From: Moniliella sp. 'wahieum'
Taxonomy: Eukaryota
DNA: 64,000 bases
Direction: 5' to 3'
Assembly (NCBI GenBank): GCA_003971905.1
Contig: RSEE01000010.1
Coordinates: 868,001-932,000, forward strand
The notes below the pieces were generated by a model that worked only from the letters and a program-made list of their open reading frames with translations, had not been told where the DNA came from and made no database searches. Made by a program: the position numbers and the translations under genes. Positions 13,322 to 25,976 of the stretch are shown in pieces (the first letter of the stretch is position 1; each line of letters starts with the position of its first letter).

Positions 13322-15227
13322 CTAGTGCAACGCCTTTTCGCGCAGCTGGGCACTACGAAGCGAGGACTGTAGCATGGCCAAACGCTCGTCGTACCGCTCG
13401 GCTACCCGGGCGTGCATGAGCACCAGAGTATCTCGGTCCGTTTTTGCAGCAGGCTGTAAGGCGCACCTAAAGACACAGGAGGCGCGTTGGATACAGGTCG
13501 AGCTTGGGGAAAGGGCACTGCATTGGGTGTGGGGCGGTGAGCTTGGCCCGTCGGGGCCGGTGGCGGGAAGGCGGCTTGTGCTCCGCTGGCTTGGCTCGAT
13601 TTGGAACAGAGGAAATTCGACGATGGGGCACAGAGGGCTTGCGAACCAAAAGCGAGCCAAAAATGCTCCTTCTTGCGGCCGAGGGAGGAAAGTTGGCCAA
13701 GGAGGAAGATTGCCAATTCGTGTCCTCGGTTGCTTCGGTTACGTTGGAAACCAAGGAAGACACCGAGTGGCCTGCGCGCTTGTTCCCGTTCCACGCAGAA
13801 CGCGGGGCTGTGCGGGTGGAATGATTTCGTGTGACCGTGGCAGCCGCAAGCCATTTTGAGCCAGCACCTCCTCGATCGAGGCAAGGAGGGCCGTCTGCTC
13901 CGCTTCCACCACCTCAATCTCGGCCTTGATTTCGGCGGGAGACTTGTGGGTGGCAGGAGGGAGGCGAGGATGGGACGCTCGAAAGGAGACCATGGTCTGG
14001 CGGGGGAGGCCATTGACCTTAGCCAAGGCGGCCTCGGTGCGGCTCGCCTGGATCTGCTCCACCAGCTCTCGCTGTTTCCTGGCTTCTCCAGCTTGCGGGG
14101 CAGCCGCTTGCCCGGGCGTGCCCGATCCCGTCGTCGACATGGACAAGACGCTTCCAGGCCTTGGCTCGGACATAGATCGGCGCGGTTTGGTACGGATGCT
14201 GGCCCCGCCCCAACAGCGACGACGCAGGGCCATTGAGAATACTACCTCCATTCTCGGCATCCGAGTCGATTTCCAACGAGGCGACAGAGGCAGTGGCCTT
14301 GCCGAGACGACTCATGACACTGGCCGAGGGGGGAAGGTGCGTTGCCTTCCTTGGGGCGGGACGAGAGCAAGCGCGAGAGATTGGTTTGTCCTGACTCGAA
14401 GGAGCTTACCGACTCGGTGCGCAGCCTGGCCACGGAGGGTTCCGGGGTAAGTCGCAGTTGCTCTGCCGAGTCGTGGGACGCACGCCGCTCCTCCTTGGCA
14501 GGAGAGGATGTGCCTTCGGCGGTGACAGCGGCGGAGAGAAAAGCGGCACGAGCGAACGGTATTCGTCCTGCGTCAGGAGGCCATCGCCATGCGCAACCGT
14601 CAGATCGGTGAGGCGGGTGGCCAGATGGTGTTTGGGGGAAGGGGGATGGTGCAGGTGGGGTACCGAGGCGGAGACCGAGACTTGGGAGGGGGAGCGGAGG
14701 CGGGCGAGAGAGGGCTCGGTGGAAGACGCGGGTATGGTGGCCGATGGGGGCGCTGGGCGGGCGCATGGAGGGGACAGTACAGGAGGCCGAGATGGACACG
14801 GGGGTGGAGGCAATGCTGTAGAAGGAGTGGCGCTGGGCAGCGGCGGGGGACCCAGGTGGTCGGGGGTGGCGGCGGTGCTGACGGCGGTGGTTGTCGTGGC
14901 CTGCGAGCGGTGGGTGGTTCGCGTCGAGACCGAGCCCAGCTGGCTGTCGACCGACGGCGACGCAAGGAACGGCGGGGCGTTCCGCGGCCGCCACCGCGGG
15001 GGGGTTGGCGCGCGGGGAACGGGCGGGACGGGGGGCGCGTTGGCGGGGGGGCGGGCGGCACTGGGGCGGAGGAGAGGTGCCTGCGCAGCTTGAGGCCCGT
15101 GATGGACACGGTGCGTGTGCGGTGGCGCGCGGGCTCGGCGAGGGCAGGCGAGGGACGCGGCGTGCCTGAGGCCGAGGCCGGGGCGGAGGCGGGCGGGGCA
15201 GGGTGGAAGAGGGCAGCGAGCTTCATG
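13322..15227 (-). CDS. Hypothetical Pro/Ser-rich protein with a SHOCT-like motif and C-terminal coiled coil
   Basis: Starts MKLAALFHP; LTDLTVAHGDGLLTQDEYRSL (SHOCT-like); PAEIKAEIEVVEAEQTALL; ends RYDERLAMLQSSLRSAQLREKALH*; stitched across frames. Confidence 0.6.
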
Positions 15228-15761
15228 GCGTGGGTGCGGTGGTGAGTGCTGCCGATGGCGGCCGATGTGATGGCGGCGGGGTCTGGCCCTGAGCCGAGTG
15301 GCCTGTGCGCGGGCAGAACAAAGGGACACCAACGGCGACGTGCAGCCGCAGATGGTGGACTGGGACTGGCCAATCAAATCAGAAACCAACGCAGGCAGCT
15401 CGGCGCAGATGACATGTGGCACGCAGGTGGGTGATTGGAGTGTTGATTAAGCTTTGTGATGGGCGAGGCATGGCTCGGTGGCACAGGCGCAGGTTGAACA
15501 TTGCAACGCCCATCCCTCGCGCATCCTCGCTTGTGGCGCACAAACAACCACACCACCAACAACCCACTTGCCCTGCTCTGCGCTGAACTTCATGCATCCC
15601 CAGCGCCTAGCACCTCAACCCCCCCCCTCTGCTCCTGCCTCCACATGCCCCTTCCGTCTCCCATCAGCAGCCGCTGGCCCACTCGCACAGCCCGCATCGG
15701 ACACGCCGCTCCGTTCCGTCTTGACACTTCTGCTCTCTGCGCTCGCCTCCCACGGCAGCTG

Positions 15762-16923
15762 ATGATGCAGCCCAGCAAGGGCTGCTCTTCGTCTCTGCCA
15801 CCCCCCGAACCCCGTGCGCATCATTGTCATGGGAGGAGAGGAAGACATCAGCAGCCTCCGCTGTCGGGCTCGAGGACGGATGACAAGCACAACGCGGACG
15901 TGCTGCCGACATGAGCACCCCTTCGCTCTCGGGATCGAGAGACGGGGATGACAGAGACGGTTTCTGGCAAGCGTCCACCCAATCGGTCCGTGAAGCGTCA
16001 TCTGATCCCAGACCTAGTTCTCCCTCGGAGCTGTGGGTCGATAGGCCACAAAAAGAATCGCCGCTGCTACTGCCCCTTGGGTCCATCCACTCGTCGCCCG
16101 AACTGGTTCGGCCTGGCAAAAGTCCGACAGGTCCAGTGACGGTCGCTGCTGCCCGAATCAGTATCTCTCTCTCTGCATTGACCACAGCATACGTACTTTT
16201 ACTCGCTCGATGGGCACGTGCGCGCGGTCCATCTCTTTCAGTAGACCAAACAAGCGGTCCGATGGCCCGTGCAAAGGTGGGGGCAATTCGTCGTCACCAG
16301 TTGCATCTACGCTCCCCTGGGATGGAGTGGGGGAAGGCATGCGGTTTTCTTCGAGGGAGAGAAAGGCACGCTTCTCCCCACCCGGAAAGGTGGTGCGCGA
16401 GGCGGCCCAAGGCCCAACTGGATTCTGCCGAGCGCTGCACCCAGGAGGCATGCATGCATTCTCTGAGGAGAGGATGGGACCACATGGCCTTGGAGGCCAG
16501 TTGAACCAGGGCACGCGAAAAGAGTGCTTCGACATTGGGTAGCACCTCACTTGCCAGCTTGGTTCGACCGTCAGCGGCTGTGGGAGTGTGTGTTGGGGTG
16601 GGCGGTGGCGGAGCGTCCATTTTGCGTCGTTTCAGGGCGGTCCGTTTTCCCTGGATTGGTCCCAGGCGAGAAGGATAAAGTCGATCTGGAGCACGGGCTG
16701 CATGTTGGGTTGAAAGAAAGCGGCAGGTGCGTTGGTCAGCGTCAGGGCCCCTGCACAGCCCAAGGCCCTCGAGAGCGGCCGCTGTACGTCAGATGGAGGA
16801 CTGGCCAAGGGGTGTCACCATGAGGGCACATGCAGGGATCACGTACACTCGATTGAGCTGGCGGAAGCCTCGGGAGCAGGAAGAGGGCGGACTGCGAGTA
16901 AGTTGAACGCATCCTGGTTCTAG
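15762..16923 (+). CDS. Possible hypothetical low-complexity protein; boundaries uncertain
   Basis: Overlapping + strand ORFs (15911-16504, 16524-16823) downstream of a C-rich leader; no recognisable domain. Confidence 0.25.
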
Positions 16924-17548
16924 ACGGGGTGGCGGTGCATGGGTGAATGCGGGTACATTGATTGCAGACACATACAGAAGAGGGGAGACAAAAGGTGTTA
17001 TGCGTTGTGCTGCGTGTTAGTATACAGGCCCCGAGCGAACGAGGGGATGCTTGAGACTACGGGAATGACGAGCGTACGCGTGAGAAGAAGGCCTCGACCA
17101 AGGCGGCTGCTCGTGCGCGTCTCAGTTCGGCATGAGTGAGCCACTGGGGCGCATGCTGGATGGCTTGGGCCACGCCCTGTCGGCGTTTGTTCTTGGGCTG
17201 GGTGGGGCAGGCGGCGAGGCGGAGAGCGAGCGGATGGTGTTGCTGGTGGGCGCAGTGGCGACCGGCAGGGCATGGGGGACGACAGCCCAGCGCACAGAGG
17301 GAGAGGGTGTCGGACGAAGTGTCGTGCACTGTCAGCTGCTCCATCCCGCTTGCCAAGCGGACGGCGGCGGTGGAAATAGCACGGCCACTTAACTGTGTTT
17401 CTCTCCCACACAGAGGGGGGCAGAGCGGAATCAGTCTGCTTCCGCCCGCTGCCTGGCTTTTTGGCTGCGAGTGCTGCCGCGTTTCTTCTGGATAGCCGCC
17501 ACTTTCCTAATTATACGCCACCCGTGGAGTCTCGACCTCCAACCTGCC

Positions 17549-20027
17549 ATGCCTTTGTTGCGGTTGCCCTTGCGCGCCGCCCGTTCCGGGGCGGACCCAG
17601 CTCCAGCCTCGGCCGGCCGTCCGTGCTCTTTCGTGCGCTGCCTCCAGGAGAAACCGCGTCCCCATCCAAACCCGCGCCGTGCACCGCAAAGCGTTCTCCG
17701 CCGCCGAGGCGGCCTTGCGTGCTGCCCTCGCCGGCCAAAAGAGCACCAATGCCCATTCCAATCGAACAGCAACAGCAGCAGCATCGGGAACGGGAACGAA
17801 GAGGAACACCGCCAGACCACCACCAAAGCCCTTCATTTTTACCTCGTTGCCGCCACCACAAAAGGACGGCACACCTGCTCCCTCTCAACAACAACCCTCG
17901 ATGCTTAAAGGCAGGCCACAGCGGCCCATGCCTACGTCCCATTCTTCCATTGCTGTGAAAGACAAGGCCATGGAGCTGCAGGAACACATTTTGGCCGCCC
18001 AGCGGCAGCTTGATACCTTGCAATCGCGCCTCTCCCGTCCTGGATCCGACGTGCTGCGCAGCCTCAGTGTCAGTAGCGAGATCCCTGAGCAGGATGAGCA
18101 TGTCCTTCTCCACTTGGCCAGTCGGTTTGAACGCACTTCCTCGGCGGTTTTGGCCGGACGTGAGGATGACAATGCCAACAAAGTGCAGGTCGACTCTAGC
18201 TCGCGCGGTTTGCAAACAGCGATTCGCGAGGCCCGTGCCGAGCTCAACCAAAAAAAATCGGCCAAAGCGACCCTCTTGCGATCCCTCGTGCGACGGCCAC
18301 TTATTTACGATGTACCACGACAAGAAGCTCACCCAGAAAGTTGCTCTCGTGAGCCCTACGTCGCCCGCATTTGAAACGCGCTGCCAAGTTGGTATGCACC
18401 GCCCAAACATAAACAGTCCAATGGGAACTGGCAGAAAAAGGCAACCGCCACCCCTGCCACGCTGAACGTCGCTGCAGTGCCGCCCATACAAGAGCATGTA
18501 CCCGCCACGCTTGGCTATGGCCTTGATCGTGTCCTGTTCAACCCAGGCGTCTCCTGGGTGCAAGACCCGCACACTCAGCAGTTCAACTATGCTCCGCCAT
18601 GCGCAACGTGGAGTTTTCTGTGGACCCAAAGTGGAAAGAGCCTGTCCGCAGCCGACCCAGCATTGGCCAACAAGGTCAAAGCCAAGTTTGTTGCAGAGGG
18701 CGAAACGATGGCGTCGCTCATGTCCCATTTGTTTTTTGTCATCACGGGCTGGCGCACACCAGACTTTGGTGCGTTTGGGCAGCGGTACCAGGACCTGATC
18801 TCATCTGTGCGTCTTTTTTATCTCCTCGGTTCTTGCATCGTACTGACCTTCATGCAGCTTGGGGGGTATAGTTTGGGCGCGCGCTTGCCCTTGCAAGTCA
18901 AACTCATTTATCACGCCTGAGTAATACGTACAGCTTGACGGACATGTCTACGCCGACGGCGGAACAACGTGTTCTGTCTTCCTTGGGCAAAGGCCTCGAA
19001 GCCAAACTCACCTCTACGCCTGAACAGGTCGAGGCGTGGAAACAACGCAACTGGCAACTGTCCAAAAAGAGATGGAAGGCTCGGGGCTTACCACCTGACC
19101 CAGGCTGGAAACATCCTGGTCCGATCTCCAACGCCCTGTATGGATCCCCGCCTGCCCGGCAAGACGTTTAACATTAAACCACGAGGTGTGGTGGCTGTTC
19201 GGGTGGGGAAGATTGGGTGCAGGGATCGGGATATGAGATTCGTCATTCGGCTGGTCTTTGAATTCTTTTGAGCGGGAAAAGTTTGACCTGGTCCGGTCCC
19301 GGATGCTCACCTATCTATTCCAATCCAAGCTTGGTGAGTTGGATGGCACGTTTGTCTGCTACCACAACACGGCACAGGTGTTTGGGTTCGAGTATCTGCC
19401 GCAAGAGGAGATGATGAAGACATTGTCGGCGACCAAGCGCTGTTTGATTCCCTCTTCCACATGATCCTCCTCGTGCTCCAGGACGTCCTCAATGCTGCTA
19501 CGGCGCACTTCCCTCGTCAAACGCTCGAACTCACACTGGATCCCCAGGCAGATCGTCTTGATGTCATCGTCTCCCAGATTGCCCAGGAAAAGGCGGCGCG
19601 AGCCCGGGAGGGTTCTGACTACGGCACGGGATACAGCAAGTTGCGCGGTCCCCACGTGGGCCGACCGGACCAACGTTTTGTTGGAGGTATGTTTGACCGA
19701 TGGGTCAACACCAAATTCCTTTCTGGGCCCTTGCCGAGTACCAAGGAAGTGTCTAAGTTCGGCCTCGACTATCTCATCTGTGCTCGCACCGATCTGAGCG
19801 AGGCAGAGGTCCACAACCTGGATCAAGCCATGCGTTGGTCCCGCCGTGCCATTTCCAGCACGTACATTCCGCATCCCGACGTGGTGGATGAGCGCGAGCG
19901 CTACATTGAGACGATCCTTGCTCACAAGCCTGAGGTCAACCATAAGTTCTTCAAGACGCGTCACGACAATCTGGCGGCAGCGCTTCAAGCCGTTTCTTCC
20001 AAGAGCACGCGGTCGTCCCAACGATAA
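17549..20027 (+). CDS. PET127: Pet127-family mitochondrial RNA-processing protein (divergent)
   Basis: Arg-rich presequence; LGYGLDRVLFNPGVSWVQDP, LSSLGKGLEAKLT, CMDPRLPG, FEREKFDLVRS, GELDGTFVCYHNTAQVFGFEY; intron at about 18806-18858. Confidence 0.8.
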
Positions 20028-20229
20028 CAGACTCTAAGGGCGAGGCGTGTGAGGACGCCCAGATTTGGTCTGGGTGGGAGAGAAGAGGTGTCCACTCGAC
20101 GATTCGGACACGAGCTCTCTTGGTCGTTTGCACCACATTTGTACACCTATACTTCATTCCATTCTAGCAAAGGGAATATGTGCCCAAAAGCATAGTACGA
20201 GCAACACTGCAAACACCATTACATTACCA

Positions 20230-21330
20230 TTACACATTGATATAGTCCCCAATGCGGTCTGCAAACAAAATGTCAGGAAGGTGATAGTGGACAAGAAAGG
20301 GGGGGAGAGATGACGTACCTCGAGCGCCTTGGGCAATACACTCGGCAATCCAGCCCAGAGTGCGAATCTCCTGTTCCTTCAGCTTGGTCCAAGCGTAAAA
20401 GATGGAAAAATTAAATGTTGGATGGTGAGGATTTTGTTGATCCTCACCTCTTCCTTGGAAAACTTGTCTTCCAGGTGATCCAGCTGGGCCTCCTCTTGTC
20501 CAGTGACGCATCAAAGAAGGATTTATACTCTGGCACCATCTCGCACACCCCTTGACCTGCTCCACATCGTCGGCCCGGGCCAGCGCATTGTTGCCTGCCG
20601 GGTACAGCTTCCCACCGAGGGGAAAAGGCGTGCGCGTTCCTCCTTGGTCAAGCCCGTTCCAAAACTGTTAACGGTGATGGAAATGACACGGCGATCGGCT
20701 TCAAAGGCAAGAAGATCTTGCATCGCCTCGGCGTTACACCGCCAAGGAGAGGGAAAATTGATAAAAGTCTTCCAGGTAGGCCTTGTAGAGGGTGTTGCGA
20801 ATAATCTCAATGTTGAGGTCGTCCAGGTCGGCGGCGGAGAGGCAGTCGCGGAAATAGGGTGCCAATGGCGTCTCGACAAGGACGGTTTGGTACAGTTCGT
20901 CTACTGTGTTGGCCACGCTGAGGGCGGGAAGGGTGTCGAACCAGCCTAGAGGGTGGCAGCGCTCCAGCAGCTCGTGGTGTCGCGTTCGTGCAGAGTGCCA
21001 GTGATGAGGAGAATGACATTGTCAATCATGTAGGCGTAGGTGACAAAGTCGAGGAACTTGCTCAGTGGGTACACGGCATTCTCGCGCAGGTACTCGAACT
21101 GTGTTACCATCCGCCTCGTCGCACGGTCCAGGACGACAGCGGTGGTGAGCGGCAAGGGCTCGTTGGCGAGAAAGTTGCCATAGTCGTTGCCGAGAGCTGC
21201 ATGCGCGATCCTCCAGCGTCTCGCACTGGGTCAGCGTCTGGAACTGCGGTGCAGTCAGGAGGCCGTTCATGTAGCCGCGCACCACGCCCTCGAGGTAGCC
21301 GTTGTCGACATTGAACGACAGCATCTCCAT
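20230..21330 (-). CDS. VMA6: V-type ATPase V0 subunit d
   Basis: [107 protein letters not shown]; terminal intron. Confidence 0.95.
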
Positions 21331-21501
21331 GGCGGGCAGCCGCAGTGTGGGTTGTGGGCAGGCCAAACGGTGGTGGAAGGCGGGTGAACCGGGGACGCAC
21401 AGACTTGTTCAGGTGCAAGTGGATGGCACGTGGCATTGCACCGAGCAGCGGAGCGCCTGGTTGGTTAAATGGGCAGGCCAACACCAGCTGATCCGCCCGG
21501 C

Positions 21502-22499
21502 ATGCCCAGCAACACGCCGCTGGGCGGCTTCGTCGCCGGGTATCCGCTGGTGCGCATCGACGACTTTGGCAGCCGCCGCCCGCCGCACGCACGAATCCCA
21601 CCGCATCTCGCACCCGCTCGCCCGGAGACCAGCTGGTTCCCATTCCGCTCAACACGCCCACCCGCGTCCAGTACACCCGGCGTCGAGCTGGTCGTGACGC
21701 TGTTGGATGCCAACCACATGCCGGGAGCGGTCATGGTCCTCATCCACGGCCCGCGCGGCGCCATCCTGCATACGGGCGACGTGCGTGCGGAAGCTTCAAT
21801 GGTCTCCGCTTTGGCCGCCAACCAATTTGTAAGTCGCTGGATTCGCCCGTCGGCCTTGGCCCGCACGCTGGCTCCCGCCGATGGACAAGTGCCACGACTC
21901 CCCTTTGATTCACATGCCCCCATAGGTGCAGACGACCATGTCAAAAGCAAGGACCATGGCGATTCAGAAGGCGCACTGGTTGGACCCCAATGGACCCACG
22001 TATCGACTGCGACAAATCGTCCCATCCAGCAGGAGCAGGATGGCCCCTAGCTGCCCCAGCCGTTCTTGGAATGATCACCGCCGAGAACACCGCTGAGACT
22101 CTTGATAAGTTGGAGCAGAGATGATCGATCGCCATTGGCGAGGGAGGCTTGCTACACTCCGTCACCTCGCCTTGACGTATGGGGACCTGCTCCCCTCTTC
22201 GAGTTGGCTGAGTATCTCCCTTTGGTACTGCAGCCCCAAACCTCACCCACGCGAGCATCCCGCATGCCCCCCATTAGTCGCAAAAAACGGCCCCATACTA
22301 CATGGACGACATGCCACCGCTGGAGGAAGCACCACCTCTGACCAAGCCAAGTCCGCCCAATCCCTCCACCCCTTCCCCGGGACCGCCTGTCTTGTACGCT
22401 ATTCGCCCCAGTCCCATCCTCAGTACTCTTTCCAGTCCCGTCGTTGTCTCCCCCATTGGAATCGCCCGGGCGCGTGTCCGGCTGTCGTTGACCAAGTAA
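21502..22499 (+). pseudogene. Artemis/SNM1 (DCLRE1)-like metallo-beta-lactamase nuclease, internally deleted/truncated
   Basis: GFVAGYPLVRIDDF, LVPIPLNTPT (alternate frame), VTLLDANHMPGAVMVLIHGPRGAILHTGDVRAE; no HxHxDH motif and no beta-CASP region seen. Confidence 0.55.
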
Positions 22500-23407
22500 A
22501 CTAATATAATACCCCCCAACTGAACATGCATTTGGCAACACGACGCCCCAGCCTATGAGACCTGAAAGAATAGCAGTACACAACCATGTGCCCCACCAGG
22601 TCTGTCCATTTAGCTCGTGTGCCTCCGATAGCATCTGGCAGTTAACTCGAAGTGCCTTTGCGTAGTAGCGCCTCAAGGAAGAGTTATGCCACCTTGAGTT
22701 TTGCTTGCTACAGTACAGCTGTCAAGGTATATCAGGTGCAGTTGGACAAGGCCTGGGGCGTAACAACAACTGGCTGCCGGCGAGTTTTCGCTCTTAAAAG
22801 TCGCCGGATCGCACTGAGTACTTTTTATCACACACCCAAGTCGGGCAGTATATATTGAAACGAGCAATAGAACTGGATCAATTGTGTGCGAGGCAACTGC
22901 CCCCCCATATTTAAGCTTCACGCTCCAACCGAGAGTCCCCAGCCGCGCACATTGGTTTCCCTAGCTCGGTCTTTTTCATAGAAAGAAGAGCAGCGTTCCA
23001 CACGCCATCCAGAGAGACGCACCTGAAGGTCATGATCTTCCGCGTTGAAACCTCAGCACCCCAGCTGAGAAACACAAGTGCCCGACTATTTGATGCCTAT
23101 AGTAGTCTGGGACTACTAAATAGTACGAGCGGGGACAGATGAAAGTGTGATTAACACCACGTGTGTCCTCGACGAAGAGACATGCTACCCCTCCTCCTGC
23201 CCCAATCCCAACTCCCCTCTCGTTACGCGTTATCATTGAGAACACAGAAGTGGCCGTAATGATTGCATGATACACTACTGATAACGTGTGGGTGTGTACA
23301 GGCCGCTATAAACAGGCCGAACGCCGAACGATGGCGTGCTCGACTCCCCCCAAAGCACACCTACTTCTCTCTTTCCCGACCCTCGACTCCTATACTATTA
23401 CGACAAA

Positions 23408-25029
23408 ATGAGCCCACCCCAACTCTCCCGTCGAGGCACAGCGCATGCCCAATCGGTCACACCCTTCTGTGAGTACAACAACGCTCCGTTGCAGTTTCGT
23501 GTGTGGGTGATGTCGGAAGAAACAATGCACTGACCCCTGCCACATTACTCCTGTCCTCTTTTCTAGGGAGCATCTTTGATCGCATCCTCTCCGACACATA
23601 TGACGCCGAGAGCAACCCAAACGGCATTGTCAACATGGCGATTGCCAACAATTCACTCATGAGCAAAGATTTGCTAACGTACATGCGGGCCAACTGTGCC
23701 ATGCAGGCCACAGACTTGACCTAGTACGTTGTGCTGTGTATGTTCCCACTATGCTATCAGCTAACATGCGTATAACCCACCCCCCTTTTCTAGTGGAACG
23801 TCCTTGTTTGGTTCCTCCAGGCTTTTTGATGCCTTGTGCAAACTGTACAACTCGGACTACTATCGTCCATTTGAGCCGGTCCGACCGGAACACATTATCA
23901 CAGGTCCAGGCTGTGGGAGTCTATTGGACCAAGTTGCAGAACACCTTGCGGACCCGGGGGAAGCCTTCCTCACTGCTGCCCCCTTGTACAATGGCTTTGA
24001 TGCCGATCTAGGCACGCGGTCGCAGGTCAAGTGTCATGCAGTATTTTCCCCAGACCAGGATGAGGCCGAAGCATCCTCCTTCTCGGGTCTGGGTGCGCTC
24101 CGTGGGTTTGAGCAGGCGTACCACTCCTGCATCTTGAATGGCACGCCAGCCCGTGCGGTCATGGTGACCAACCCGCACAACCCATTGGGACGGTGCTACG
24201 ATCAGGCGGCACTGGTGGCCTATGGCCAGTTTGCCCAGCGCCACAACCTTTTCCTTGTGGTTGATGAAATCTACGCGCTTTCCGTCTTCCCCACCTCGGA
24301 CAACCGGTCCCCCCAGCCCTTTATTTCGGCCTTGTCGATTGATTGGGAGTCCAAGGGGGTGGATGGAGACCGAATTGTGATCCTCAGCAGTGCATCGAAG
24401 GATTGGGGCAGCAATGGGTTGAGGGTTGGACGCTGGTAAGCCGCAACGAGACGTTGCGCAACGCACTCAAGGTCACAGCCAAGTTGAATATGGTGGCTTC
24501 GCCGGCCGATTGCCTCTGGAGCGCCATCTTGACCGACGAAACCTTCTTGCCGTGGTACATCCAGACCAACCAAGCTCGCCTCTCTCACGCCTACGAGACA
24601 GTCAAAGCGTGGTGCCTGGATCAGCACCTGGAATACATCCCCTCCAACGCCGGCCACTTTGTCATGGTCAACCTCAGCACCTACCTCCCCAAAGGCCTCG
24701 GCACGGTCGAGCAACGCGAGACGCATCTCTGGTCCCATTGCCTCAGCCACGGCGTTGCCATCACGCCTGGATTCAATTACCACCACCCAGTCCCCGGTTG
24801 GTTTAGGATCACGTTTTCCCTCGAGCCAGATGCTTTGGCCCAAGGCTTGCTGCGCCTTCAAACTGCGTTGGTCGACGTGATGACACCAAACAGCCCCCGC
24901 ATGGGTTGTCGCATGCATCCGACTTGGCCTCCACCACAGCAAAAACAGCGTTGGATACTTCTGTCCTGTCCCCGTCGCCACCGGGATAAGTACCCTGTGT
25001 TGAGTCGGGCCAAGCACAACCACAAATGA
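23408..25029 (+). CDS. PLP-dependent class I/II aminotransferase-fold enzyme, ACC-synthase-like
   Basis: YDAESNPNGIVNMAIANNSLM, DLTYGTSLFGSSRL, PLYNGFDADL, VTNPHNPLGRCY, VVDEIYALSVF, SASKDWGSNGLRVG (PLP Lys), GWFRITF; introns 23469-23566 and 23724-23793. Confidence 0.85.
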
Positions 25030-25976
25030 ATATGCATCACACTTACGACATACGTGTACTCTCCTCAAGGAAAGATGCAACACACTCCGGTTGCATTTCG
25101 ATGATTCCTTCCCTCGCCGTGAGTGTAGGGAGCCCTGCTCGAATTACTTAGGCTGTCTTCAGGGAATTTGGATTGTTCCTATAAATCCTTGAAGAATGCG
25201 GGTTCGACAGCAGTCCTCTCTCACTCTATTCAGGAATACCGCTACATTCCATATCGGCAGGGAGGAACGATGCCTCCCTTGGGTCCGATTGGCTAGAATA
25301 ACTATCGAAGGCCTTTTGTTGGTGTGAAGCAGATGATGCTCGATTATGAAATCAAGCAACCGTACTTTGATATTATACCTCGGCCATACTCTAGACTTGC
25401 ACCAAAAGTCCGCTATGGCGTTATATGTAGTTGTGTGCGTGCGCATAGTCATTTGATCACTGAAAGAGACAACCGAGTATAAGTATCTCTAGCTGAAGAT
25501 GGTTGCACGCTAATTCTGCGCATGCGGAGACGCCACTGAGATGAACTACCATATGATGATCTCCTGGCGGCGTCAACTACCTCTACAGTGGAGGGAGATC
25601 TGCTGCTAAACAACGCCAAAAAGAGAGAGTACGACGGGCTTAAACTCAACCGTCGGAGCCAAAAAACTGTCACCACGTTTAAGTTCTGTTTGCAGGGTAG
25701 TCCGTTCTGGGGTCTTGTGTGGATGTCAGGGCGGCCCCGCTTGCTTTCTTACATGCAGAGGCAGAAGCCCATGTGGCACTCATCGTACCCTTGGCTTCTT
25801 GCGAGAAGGCGGGCGGCTGTGCAAACGAAGACGTCGAGTGCGGTGAAGGCGAGGTGAGTGAGCACTGTCGTTACGTACGCTGCGCATAAATCAAAGTGAT
25901 TGGTTCAAAGTGAGATGGGGGGATAGACGGCATGTAGTGCAAGTTGCCTCGAAGCACATGGTCGTGCAACCAGAGT

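Noticed and set aside
15318..15326. ACAAAGGGA pheromone response element-like motif
   Set aside because: Only one copy noticed, not near any mating gene; compatible with chance
25030..25976. Short ORFs between the ACS-like and SDR genes
   Set aside because: No recognisable domain, codon bias or splice architecture
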